Source of the DNA: Phoronis australis
Lineage: Eukaryota; Animalia; Phoronida
Length of the DNA stretch: 64,000 bases
Direction: 5' to 3'
Assembly: GCA_002633005.1 (NCBI GenBank)
Contig: NMRA01000448.1
Span: 186,001 to 250,000, forward strand
Shown: in pieces, positions 1 through 13,400 of the stretch
How the letters are laid out: every line of letters begins with the position of its first letter
How positions within the stretch are numbered: the first letter of the stretch is position 1
Program-made: the position numbers and the translations under genes
The notes under the pieces: generated by a model
The model's database searches: none
What the model saw: the letters and a program-made list of their open reading frames with translations, nothing else
What the model was told of the DNA's origin: nothing

Positions 1-1353
1 CGTATAATAGCACCTGCTTTTATAGTTTTTGTTAAGAAAGAAAAAATTGTCTATTATTTGGATGAACCTGCTTCTATGTTCTCATGACTGGCAAAAGTGC
101 AAGTCAATTTTCGATAGATGGATTGTCCGCTTCAAGGGGTAATTGTTCCTTGTACTTAGTTACCAAATCACTTATAAAGTGAAAATTGCTAGTGCGGTTC
201 TCTCACAGCGAATGTATCAGTTAAAAATGGCCTGTGTCTCATACATAGTCATGACCTTTGAAGTTGCACTAAAGTAATAGTAAGAGCACCAAAGTGCCAG
301 CACAGTACCAGCTGAAAGTGATCTCACTGTGTGCACCATTGGCATTTTTGCTGCTTGCAAATGTGTTGTATAGTGAAATTGCCAGCATTTTAACTAATTT
401 GTTAGTGGGGTATCAGATCATTGCTTAAACATTCACAGGTCTGCATTTCTGCTGTATAGTGTTGTTCATGTTACTTAGGCAGTTTCAGATTTTTGTAATG
501 TTAAGCAAAATGGGATATTGAAATTGTATCGTAAGGTTAAGTAAAATAGATGTTACATTTAGTAAGCCATGAGCAGTCTGTTAAGTACAGTTTATAAAAA
601 CAAACGTCATGGATTATGTAATTTGGAGATCTTAAGGCATTTGTGATTTCGCTAAAAGCATCTTAAATAGAATTGTCAGTACAAAGATATAATATAAATA
701 TGACGTATTAATAAATAATTAATGAAATTACTGGAATAAATATTTATAATTTGGCTGTTATTTGACGACCATGGTATACGTTAATAATTTTAACGTTTTA
801 ACATTTTAAACCATAGCAGTTTACAGCTAGTACATAAAAAGTGGTTTTACATTATTTACACTCACATACTGTTGATTTTTATTGGTGATGCATTTTCTAG
901 AAAGAATATCATAAAGCTCACAGACAGCTGAGGTGTCGTTTGCATTAACGCTATTTGCATTTCATTTCCGAATTTGAGACTAAAATATGATGTTCTTTGT
1001 GTGCTTCATTTCTGGTGAAAGTTGGTCTAGTTAAGGACACCTTGTAGACCAAAAACACATATCACCTGATCTTGGGGTGAACGTTATTTTGTCAAAGTGG
1101 TTCCCGTGCCCAAGCAGAAAATCTAATTTGATTGATCGTTTGGTTTTATTTACGTGTAACATGGAGTAATCTCCCCTGTGTTCAGTCACTGTAAACTGAC
1201 TTCGAACTTCATTAATTGTAAATCACATGACATCAGTCATTTAGTTTCGGAAGAAGATTATCCATGTCAGAAATAATGTGGAAATTGTCCACATTTACTG
1301 TGATTGATGATTCTTGGTACGCTTTTGTAATCACACTTTTTTGCCAATTGCAG

Positions 1354-1436
1354 CTGTTTCAAGAGGGAAAATTGACAGGAACCAGAGTGGCCCAGCTGAA
1401 GGCCAAGTATACGGCTCTACATGACTTCCTTAAACA
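1354..1436 (+). CDS. CCDC146: CCDC146 exon ([27 protein letters not shown])
   Basis: ttgcag| acceptor and |gtgagt donor; 83 nt, phase 0 to 2. Confidence 0.85.
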
Positions 1437-4400
1437 GTGAGTGTTACAGGAGTGTCCAGATAGTGATGGACTGGCAGGCAGCCAAAGCCTGGCGTTAAAC
1501 AATTAGTAGCATTAGTCACATATAGCAATGTAAGAGAAAATAGGATGATTATTGAGATATGGTAGTAGTGACTGTGAGAGTTACTTGATATGGTTCAGTA
1601 TCTACATCAACAGATGAAATCCTGATAATTGACAAAATTCAGTTCAAAGATATCGCATGTTCTAATTGACAGTGTTTTGCCTTTATTACCAGTTCTCAAA
1701 ACTTTGCCACCAATCTATAGCAACTGAGTCATCGTATTAATTAAGCATGCCTTAAAAAACAAATGAACTGAAACATAAGTCAAAACATCTTAATAAAATC
1801 TATATATCCTTGCCTTGAAATTTGTTTGTGCACGTATCAGCAAAAATAGATATACAATTTCTTGCCCTGTTCTGTTAAGTTTGAAGAAATCTAATGTCTA
1901 GTTGAAAGTTAGCAAGCTTGGGGACTTGAGTGTAGGCTTGTTTCAGGTGATTCATGCCAAGCTCTCTGTGGGTTCAGGAATAGAATGTCCTTATTCTTGC
2001 CCTATGAAATTTGTAACATAAAAACCTTGCTGCTGTACCCAGCTCAGATTCTGTATTGTGTACTGTCTAGTCATGTTCTTGATTTCTTTGGTCACAAAAC
2101 CTATATTTTGAATGTCGTAAACAGTTGAAATATGTAATCCAGTCAAATTATTTGTTTACCTCTACTTATTTTGGACTACAGCGTCATTGTAAAGCGCTTT
2201 ATTCTCTTGTTTCCATGACAACAGTTGGAAATGTAAATACGCATACACGCAGTTTTTAATAAACCAGCTTAAATTTACAAATGCGGGATTCACTATATGA
2301 ACTATACATAGGCAAATAAATGTGCCAAGTACACTAGTAGGGGCACGTTAAGTAGTGCTTTAAGTCACTCATGAGATACTTAGTGCCACAATTGTCTGTT
2401 TTGTGTGTTCACTTATTTAAAGTATAGTTTGCTCCCATAATTCAGCATTCTGGCCAAGCCACCCAGTCATTATCAGTTATGAACGTTTTGTTCAGTAAAA
2501 GTAGTTAGCGAGACTGAACTAATACTCATGAAATACTATCGACATGTTGTGTGATCTAGCCTCAATCACGAGATACGACATCACTGGATACATCCCAGGT
2601 CATGTTTAACGCTATTTATTGCGTCACGTCCTTCCGTAGCACGCGTGAGAGCGAGGCTCATTACCTGCAGTTGGCCAAGCAGTACACGTCGGTGCTGGAC
2701 GGCCAGAAGGGGAAGCTGGAGAAAGCTGACGAGTTCCCAGAGAACTCCAACTCGGAGACGGCGAGACTACGCACTACGCTGCTGAGTCATAGTAATGAGT
2801 TGGCCATGACTGAGGAGAGACAGTACCAGCTGGACTATAAACTGGAGTGGTAGGTTTAACCACCATGTGGTATTTATACCTATTGAAGGTATTTTCTTAT
2901 TCTGGGTCTCGTGATTATCAAATAAACTTCCTCAACTAAAGGATAACATTTTAAACACAAATTTTATGGTTAATATAGTACATTATGTTTAAGTGAGTTG
3001 ACTTTAGAACATGACATTTCTACTGCAATTTTGGTTGATGACTATAATTGAGTGTTGATTTTTTTACTTTTTTGTCATTGTTGACTCATTATTGTCATAA
3101 TTACATGCCAAGCAAATGAGTTCAGCCAATATCTGTCAGGTGAATGTAATTTGATAATGAGGTATGTAGCATGCCAGTAAGGAAAAAAAGTTAATTGAGT
3201 TGGGCTTGCACTGTTGAATGATTGAAGTTTCCGATTTCCTCTGAAAGGTGATGATTGATTTGAACAAGTTGATGGGAGCTCCACCTTGAGGATTAGTTTT
3301 ACTGCATATGTTTGAACTTGGTGTAATGGAGGTTAAAACAAGAGAAGACTGTAATAAAAATCTCAATTATGGTAGATTTATAATTGTGATAAAAATGCTA
3401 TGTTTTATTTTTTTTGGAAAATTGCTGTTAGTTATATTTTTGTTTTCAGTCTTGAAGAGGAGAAAAAGTTGATTGAAAGAGAATATTCAAGGATGCCCAA
3501 AGCTGGGGTAAATATGAGGCACATTAAATTCACTTACACTGAAGCACATTTTGAATATGGCACGTAGTCAACTTTTATCTGAATATGACGCATTCAGCTA
3601 ATATTATAATTTTGATAATCACGGATGTTATTGGTAGATTTGTTTTAAAGAGTAATGACATGTCTTGGTATTGAAAACTGCATGTGCAAACAGTCACATA
3701 GTCTGACTCGTATTGTGCAGGACTGATGCTAATTATCTTCTCATATTTAGTCGTGAAACGGAGGGATTTGCATATTCACCTAAAACTTATTTATTTATTT
3801 ATTATTTAAACTTCTTTAAAAGACTGGCTGACCACTTCAGTGAATACACCAATTTTCAAGTGGGCCCAGTCGAAAATAATTACATGAAGTAAAATACAGA
3901 CAGCTATGTACAATTAGTTTGAAAAGATTAATAAATAAAATAAATTAGTATAGAAATAGTTAATATGTACAATTATATGAATAAATAAGATAAAATAGAG
4001 TAAAATCGTGATGAGCTGAGGCCTACAGTCCCGAACTGCAGACAAAGTCCCAGTAATTCTGTTTGAAGACGTGGACATTTGGTGCATTCGCGACGGCAAT
4101 CCCCAGATCGTTGTAAGCGACAGCACCTCTGTAGGCAAATGTTCTTTTACCACAGTTGTTTTTAGGTTTATCTCATACCAGGCAGCCAGAAACACTCGCT
4201 CCGGTATTGTATTTGTGAGAATCTCTGACTGCCTTGAATTTAGTCACAAGGTAATTAGGTGTGAGGCTATGTGTGGCTTTGCACACCATAAAGTTTAAAT
4301 GGAATGCACGCCTGCTAACCAGGCTGCAGTTTATCGAGGAGGTCAGCAATAAGAAAGTCATTATAAAGACCACTACAGTTGAGTATCAGCCCCCCAGCCT

Positions 4401-7400
4401 TGTTTTGTAATTTTTGAAGTCTATCCTGAAGTACGATGCACAATTGACCTGTCGCAAACAGATCCCCCTTGCATAATGTCTACTAACAAACAATACGTTT
4501 TACCCGGCAACGTGTTGTTTGTCGGGTAAAATGGCGGCGGTGTGTCAGTAATGCTGCGTTCTAAATGTTCAGTTAAGCTGTCACTCAAAATCCTGGCGAT
4601 AGATCAATTACCATACAATATCACAGTAGTCAAAGTGTAGTACAATTAGACTCCTGTACGGAGTCAGAAAAGTAGCCTGATCGACATAACTCCTGACTCT
4701 ATACAAAAGCCCATTGGCAATCCGCTGAGAAACTTATTTGCACACATACTCTACATGTTCGTCCCATGATAAATTATTATCAGTCATAATACCCAGATAT
4801 TTATATTTCGTAGTTCTTGCTAGTGTTGCATTGTTGAACCTACGCACATTTATAGTTGTAAAAAGGCTTTAAGTTCACTCTGTTATGATGATTACTGTCT
4901 GTTGCCTTCTTTAGCAAACTACGTTTTGAGGAAGCCCACTTAGTGTTGGAAATTTTGACAACTTAGGTTACAAAGTTCCCAGCAAACGAGAAGACCGCAA
5001 ACTACTCTCACGCCCCTGGTCTTTGCAGGGATGGTTCTTATTTAACATGTTCTGCCCTCTGTAGGAGATTGAGAAAAAAATCAAGGAGCTACAAGAAGCA
5101 TGTGATGAGCTGCGCCGTGAAATAGCACAGCGCTCCCTGGAGGCCAAAAATCTGCGAGAGGAATTAGCCTCGCGGACACGCGACTACCAAATGGAATTTA
5201 AGAATTATGAGGAAGAAGCAGAGGAGGTGGAGAAACTGAAGGGAGACCTGGTAGATGTCAACTCACTGCCCACGCAGATCAGCAAGGATATCGACAAAGT
5301 GAACAGACAGAGAAAGTAAGATATATCAGTTAGAGTTGTGTAAAACTTGACAAAATTATACAGTAAAACTTGCATGAGTCAGATTTTGCTTTACCTGATT
5401 GTATCTCTTTTGGGTCGATTGAATCGGTGACTTATTCCACTTTTACTATATTTGTTAGTAAAGTGCACGGTGAAAATAAAATAATAAAATATGTTTTATT
5501 GCAATGATGGATCACTAGCTCCCCCCATGGTGAATTCTGCTTACACTCGGTGGTCATGGTGAAGAATTTCACTTGGGTTTAGATGTCATTACAGGGATTT
5601 CCTGGTCATTTTGCACATTATTTTTGACGTGAACTCTATTGCAACGGAAAAGAAAACTGGATTGTAGCATGTAGCTGATGGCGTAGTTTTTGTTGCCATT
5701 AAGTATTGCAGTGTCGGTGGTAACTATGGATATTGGCAACAACAAAAATTACCATTGCCAATTTTTATATTGTCGTCATCTCTGTTTGGGCGTCCAGCGC
5801 CCACAGCTGTATTTCCTAAATCCCTCGTAGGAACTTGATGAAATTTGGCAGCTGTGTCCCTATGAAGCTGACAACGGATGACAACGAATTTCAAATCTCT
5901 TTGACAACCGGTGTGCCCCCTAGTGGCAATTTTAGTTTTTTACATTTACCTTTGTATCTTCGGAGGTCCTAGGCATCTATCAGTGAGATGACGTTTTCCT
6001 TCCATTTTTGGATGGATTCGAGGTACATTGCACCACCTAGTGGCCATTTTCACTGTTTCCGTCTGCCCCTATATCAGCCAAACTGCTCTAGGAATGATGG
6101 TGAAAATTGGCATACATGTTATTACTGTGAAGAGAGCGGCTGACGAGGATTTTCCAATGACTTCAACTACTGTGCCACCTCCTAGTGGCAGTTTTGTTTA
6201 TTTTTGCACCCATGGCTGTATCTCCTAAACGCTGTACAGTGTCTTTTTAAATTTTGCAAGTGTATTCATATGAAGCTGATAACGAACGGGGAGGACTTTT
6301 GGACGGATCGGAATACTGGTGTGCCCCCTAGTGCCAATTTTAGTTTTTTACATTTACCTCTGTATCTCTGTATCTTCAAAGGTACTCAATGGATATTCAT
6401 AAAATTTGGCAGATAGGCATCTATTAGTGAGGTGACGCTATCCTCCACTTTTCGGATTGATTCTACATAGTTTGCGCCACCTAGTGGCCAATTTCACTGT
6501 TTTCTAGTCTGTTTTTTCTGTGTTCCTCAATTTCTTTAAAGTTCCTTGGCGGATTTTAAAGGAAATTTGGTACTGTTGATGACATATGCCAATTTTCGGA
6601 TAGAATCGACATATTTTGCGCCATCTAGTGGCCATTTTTATGATACAGATGAACTCCCCTACAAGCACACTGTTTGCAGTGCATGCGTGGACACATTTCA
6701 ACCCTCCGCGTTGCTCTTGTTTTGGTTTTGGATGTGGTACCATTAGCAGCTGATAGCAGGCCTGCTTCTTTGTCCTTTGAATTGTTATTAACTATTAAAT
6801 TGTGCGAATACATTATACTTTTGTCGGATCACAGGATTTGTCTACACTGGTTTCACCCAATAGATGACATGCTGAGCAAATGTATGGAATTTTGAAAGAG
6901 ATGTATTTGTAATGGTTCCATACTAAGCATTTTTGACTATTTTACACCCGTTCTTCAGGGACGAAATACACCACCTGCAAATCGATCAAGAGTATGTACT
7001 TATAAGAATGGAATTATCATTTTTGAGTGCTGCACATGTTTCCATGTACATACTGTCCTGGCACTATTTTTGTTTCTGGTTTGTGTGAACAGCATTCTTG
7101 AATTTTCAAAATTTTTTATTGGTTTGCTGGCTTGACAAAACTGTTAAATTTTATGAAAGTGAAGCTGTCTTGCTAAAGCCACCAAACAGATTATAAAGCT
7201 ATGTTAAAAGCACTAACTTTTAAAACGTGAGTTGGTTGCAGTTCTTTCAGGATACCTACCTTGACTTATGCTGAATATGAACTCTATCTATTGACCATGA
7301 AGAGGTTATGTACACTGTAGGATATGTTCATGTTGTATTCTGTTGTGTTTTGTATTCACCATTTCTCTAAGTATGAATATTATTATTGTGATCAAAGGTT

Positions 7401-10400
7401 TAGTATATATTAGATTCAAAGAAACATGATTGAGAAACATTTATCTGAGAAACTCATGAAAGTCAGTGGATGGGTGTAAGCATAGCTGAACATGAGCCCC
7501 TTTAATAAGTGAAATTTTGATTAATTCCAAATTGGGCGTTTTATCGAATGCAGGCATTTAACTTGAATAATTACGATCATCACAAAGGATTAAAAACAGT
7601 TCACGAGAGAGATTATTGAACTACAATCTACTGCTTGCATGTGAATTTGTAGTCTAGCAAAAATGATGTGATTACATTGAGATCTGGTAAAAAAGTTCCA
7701 TTTTCATAGAATGTTGCTTTTCCTGAGCATTCTTTAGTACTTGCATTTGATAAGTGTTGAAGTACTAAGGTCTGGTCACATGACTAAGGTGTGGTCACAT
7801 GACTAAGGTCTGGTCACATGAACACTAAACATGTTTATTGGAGCAGTTGTCTTATGTTGCTTGTTGTTGATTTATTGTTTGGTATGATTTTGTAGTCACA
7901 AATTATTAAGGTAAGTCGGGTTATAAAACTATATTTCTGCCCATTAAGCTAACCTGTAATTGTTATCGTGAGCGTTCACTTTATGGAGAGCGCATATTGT
8001 GGTGCAATGAATATTGATGAAAGTTAATACCAAAATTCTGTGCATAGTGGAAATCACATCAAGGTCAAAGTTCCAATAAATTGTCTCACATTTTATTTTT
8101 AATTTAAGGGGACAAGAAAAGGTCTTTATGTTAATGTTCAAAGCCACTCACGTATTTTTTCATGTCAAAGAAATGTTATTCTTAATTTTTCATAATTACC
8201 AAGTCTGGATTAAGTGACGTTTGTTGCTGATTATTTCGACTAGTTTTGTTTTGCCCCAAACTTACTATCAAACTCTGGTAATTTTTCCTTCAAGATCGTA
8301 CTGAAAAAAGTTTTTATGTCTCTTACATCCAGTGAACATTGCTTAAGTATATCCCAACGAAGACCTTGTGCACACAAAACGTTCGTTAAGTTTCCCCCAT
8401 GCACATTTCATTGGTGACGGCTTTGGTTTCACGTTTAAGTATACATAATTCACATGTATTTGCAGCGAGGTGGATAAAAGGAAAAAGAATTTGGACGCTG
8501 ACCACCGGGACAAAGTTGAAGTACTGAAAGAGCTGGAGGGTAAGCGTCAGGATTTGGTCAACGAGAAGTTTGAGGTGGACGGAAATCTCAACAGGTTGAA
8601 GTCTCAGCACGAAGAGAAGGAGCGAGCCTTTGAGTTGTTATACAAAGAGTTTGAAGTGGCGCGAGACAAGGAATCTGCCCTAATGGCTGACAGGTGAGTT
8701 TCTCGTTCTTGGCAGCTAGTTCATTTTACTGGAAGATAGAGCAATTTCAGCCAGTTTTATGAAGTTTAGCCAAGAACAACTGTTCTGATCCCACTTAGGA
8801 TGAAAAGTAAAGTAGAAAGCAGATTTGTTGGAAAGATGTCAAAGGTTTGTTGTGTACCTTTAGTAAATACTAGATAGTTATATAACATTGAAAAGGGGTG
8901 TCATAATATTAGAATTTCTCTCGAAATTTTAAATTTATTTGTAAAAATTTAAGTTTCACATGAGTAACTGCAAGATATCATGACTCATGTTTGGCTTTAT
9001 TTTATTAGCATTATTATCTCTTCACAGGGCCACAATTGATTTGAACTTGCGACACATTGTGCACGAAAAGAAAACACAACATGACATACTGACAAGGAAA
9101 CAGAGAGAAAAGGACAGAGAATTGAGAAACTTGAAGAAGGCGGAGCTTCAACTGAAGGTAGCCAATGACAATGTGCAGCACACCAGTATGATCATGGACA
9201 AAGTAAAAGGACAGGTGAGCTGAATTAATTAGGAAAATTATGCACTTGTGTATCAAGAGTAATCAAGTAAAGTAATTCATCTTTTCTTCTCGAATCTTAA
9301 TTCCAGTATTGTCCTTTTCTTCTCTTTATACTTTTTCAAGCAATTCTCTTGATCTTAACGTAGTGTTGTGATTTGATCTAATGTTAGGTAAATGGTTTTG
9401 TTTTGGTGTTGTAGTTAAAGGAAAATGTTGATGTTATTGCACGTTTTGGCTAATATTAAGGCCTCAACTAACAGTTTAGATAACGGGATAACGAAAAATA
9501 ACAGAATGTCTATAGTGCCTACTAAGCAGTTATTGTGTCAAACTAATTTTCAAACGATATCATCCATCAGCTTCAGTTTTGAAGATTTCATAATCAATTT
9601 ACTTTTAAGCATTTACAAAAAACATTTTTAGAGATGTGGTAGTCTAAATAAGTCAAAGTATGTGCAATATCACCTGGAATATATATGCAGTGTTGTCAAA
9701 CTGAGGAATGTTCCTGATGTAATTAAGTTTCAAGTTCTTAGCTAACAATCTGCAATAACGCTTATCTGCCTTTCCCCATTCTTGCCTCTCTCTTCATCTC
9801 TGTCTGCACCTTGCCTACTGTTTCACCTCTACACTGCCTCTAGGCTCTGGGTACATTCGACAAGAGAAAGATTGAGAAACTGCTTGTGTATCTAGCAAAT
9901 CCACAAGTAGGTGGTCACTTCTCTTTTCTTTTAAGTTGTGTTTGTTTTTTGTTCTGTCATAACACGTAATTGCATACCCTGGTTTTGTTTGTTTTTGATA
10001 TGTTAAGTGCATTGTTAAGGATATTTGTTTTATTTTGGTTAGGGTGTGCCTGATTAAGAATATCTTAAAAGGAGTGTGATCAAAGTTAAATATCCTTATA
10101 TTATGATTTGCGAAGTCTTGTACATGATGGATAAACCTTGTCAGACCAACGGGATAGCTCGCCAGGAGTGTGTTCTGTAAATAGACAACCTAGTAGAGTT
10201 GTGCCACCTGACATGAACAGACAACAACTTGGATTAATCTGTGTGTCTCTGGTTACAGCAGCAGCAGTCACTACAAACTGGGATTGTCTTTAACTTAGTC
10301 TGTGTCTGACATCAACATCTTGTTGACATTTACAGAGGTCATGATAAGAACAAAGAGTTTGTGAGATGCACTTTTGATCCCGGGACAAGTTTTATGTGCT

Positions 10401-13400
10401 CGGTAAAGTCAGGGTCTTTACCTTCAGAACATTTTGCGATGTGTTGGACAGTACATAGACCTTGACTGTGTTTTTGTATCAACTGAACAAAGTTGCATTT
10501 TACTGTAGCCACTGATCAGTATTTGTTCCACCAAGTATAGGATAAGATGAGAATTCAACTTAGCTGGAAGTAACTGAAACCCAATACCGGTGGTTTTTTC
10601 TGTTGTTGTAATCATCAATCTCTCAATATTTATATACTATTTGAGTCTAGGCAATTCTCTTTACTCTTTTCAACATTTTAATATTGAAATTGCAAACTGA
10701 ATTTTGCATTTACTTCATCCAATTGACTTGTGTAGAGGGACCAACTACAGTACTTAAAGGTCAAGCATTCGTGGAATCCATTCATGGAATCCCTAAAACT
10801 GGAGTAAACCTATGATTTTGGGCCATGGTCTAAGCTTACCCCCAAATCTGCTGATAACTATTTATAGTATGATTCCTAACTTATGTAGGTTGAGGTTCAG
10901 CCCAAAGATGATGGCACACTACTCAACAAACGAAAGGAGCTTCAGAAAGAAGTGGATCAGACCAAGAGGGCGCTAGCACAACAGAACTCGCTGACGGCCG
11001 TTGAACAAGTCAAGGTGGAGCAGAGCATTGCTGAGGAAGAACGACTGTTGTACGAACAGAGCGACTTACGTATTGAGGTCGTGGAGTTGACACGACTGGC
11101 AGCCATTAAGGTATGGGGTGAAAGTGAAATTGTGATGAAATGCTTTTTTAACACCTACGCCCTTGTTGAATGTGTAAGACCTGTTGACTGTGTAAGACCT
11201 GTTGAATGTGTAAGACCTGCTGAATGTGCAAGACCTGTTGAATTCTTATTACAGTATAATATTGCGAATGACAATAATTGCCAGAATTGTCGTTTTTCCA
11301 TTTTCTAAGTGCTCGTAACACTGTTGGGAATGGCCACATTTTTTCAAAACATTATTATATTTAATAGCTATGGTGTAGAACTGGAACATGCAAAATCATT
11401 ATTAATTTGGTGTGACTTAAAATGTTTCATGGAAAAAACGTTAAATAGAATTATTTCACTTCTTAGCCAGAAATATCCATGTATATTTCTGGATTAAAAA
11501 TCAAAACAATAAAGACTAGAATAGAATAAGCAGTATGGAGCTTTTAGTATGTATTTATATGTTAACAATGTATGTAACGCGAATAAAATGTTAAAAAATT
11601 TAAAATAACCGCGATCACAAAGCAATTCATTACAAAGCAACACATTATTTTGCTTTAATAACTAAAAGTGTCATCAGTTGTGTGCCTATACTCACCTGGT
11701 GACACTTTTGGTGATAAAGTAAAACATCCTGCTCTTTTTTTGTGAACGGGACTACAAGTTACATGTACCTACTTGTAATTTAACAATTAAAAATATCTTG
11801 ACCATGGTTTTGTATTTTTGTATTTATCATATTGTCATGGTAACAAGTTTTTTATTGACATATCGCGAAACTAATCTGAGGCACATGTTCTGCTGGCAAA
11901 GAAATGATTTACTGTTTAGTTTTCATATGAAATTTGTTTGATTTATTTTTTCTCTTTTGAAGTATACATACAACACAGAACTATAATTAAGTATGAAAGC
12001 TGCACAACTTGCTCTTGTCCATTCTGCTCAGGCTTATACATTTAAAATGCTAATACCTGGGCAAGCCAGTTAACAGTGGTGGCAAAAAGGATGACGTCTG
12101 TACTTGCGAACGATTTCGATGGCATAGTTCATTGGCAGATAAATGACCTGTGAATATGCCAAAACATTTCTGTCTCACCTTCATGGAAGTATAGAAAACA
12201 ATAATGTAGACCAAGCGGTTTAAATTTTAGAATCGTTTTACAAAAAGGTAGGCGAGTCAATGGGAATCACCAAGGCTAAAACATCTGTTAACAGAGGAAA
12301 TTTTAAATGGGAACAACCCTCATGGTGGGATGACGAGTGACACGAGAGAAAAGAGCTCAAGAGTAAAGGATTAAATAAGTTAGGAAAAGGTTAATGTACT
12401 ACAAATGAATATAGAAGAATAATCAGTGATTTCAAATAATGCTGTTTAAATAAACAAGAGTTGTATAGAATGTCTATGCGGGATCAAACATAAAAACGGC
12501 TTAAGACCCAAATAAGTGTCTGGAAATTATTAAAAAACAGAATAAAAGAACCATTTAACTAAAAAATGATATCACTGTGCATCTGTGGAAGGGATACTTT
12601 GGTACCCTATTAAATTTTGGTTGTTTGTTATTGGACGAAGCATTTGTTGCTCAAGTTGACCTCAGTAACGAATTGCATGACAGACTGTGCGACCAATGTT
12701 TACGTAGTAACATGGATCTGAATTAAACCTATAACAGTCAACGAAGTCAACAATGCATTTAAATCTATTAAAAATAACACAGCCACTGCCATAGATGGGA
12801 CTCATGGTGAACTTATTAAGCTCTATCAACCAATTATAGCTCCATATCTGACTAAATTGTTTAGTAATTGCTATTTTAAATAGAGAGTGTAGGCTAGGGC
12901 ATTGGTGTAAAGTGCTAGTTGTTCCAATACACAAAAAGGAAGTCATGATGATTTAAACAATTGTCGAGGAATATCGTTGCTAAACATATTAAACAAATTA
13001 TTCGTCAATATAATCAATAACTGGCTGGTTGAGTGGGCGACCAATGCAAAAACTCTGTATGAAGAGCAGGCTAGATCTTGTGGCTTATACATTTCTGCGC
13101 GCCCCACAAATGGTGTCGAACCACGCGCACTATATCGTGTCTGAAAACAGTGTGTCCCTCACTTCAGGCTGATGAACGAGAGCAGAAGGCACGTGACTTC
13201 ATGCGTGCTGAGATGCGGTACCACCGAGCGGTGGAAGACCTTAAGACCAAGCAGCTTCAGATTCAAGATCACAACAAGAAGTTCCAGGAAATGCAACAGA
13301 AGTAAGTGAATGCCTGTTTCTATGGTGACAGATTTTTTCATTGAGCTGGAGAGTTATAACTCACTGGTGATTGGATTTAGGTGATGCAGCATTGCCTGAA

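Noticed and set aside
10952-11339. VECVRP and QQVLHI peptide repeats
   Set aside because: They come from an intronic 18-nt tandem repeat beyond the 11110 donor
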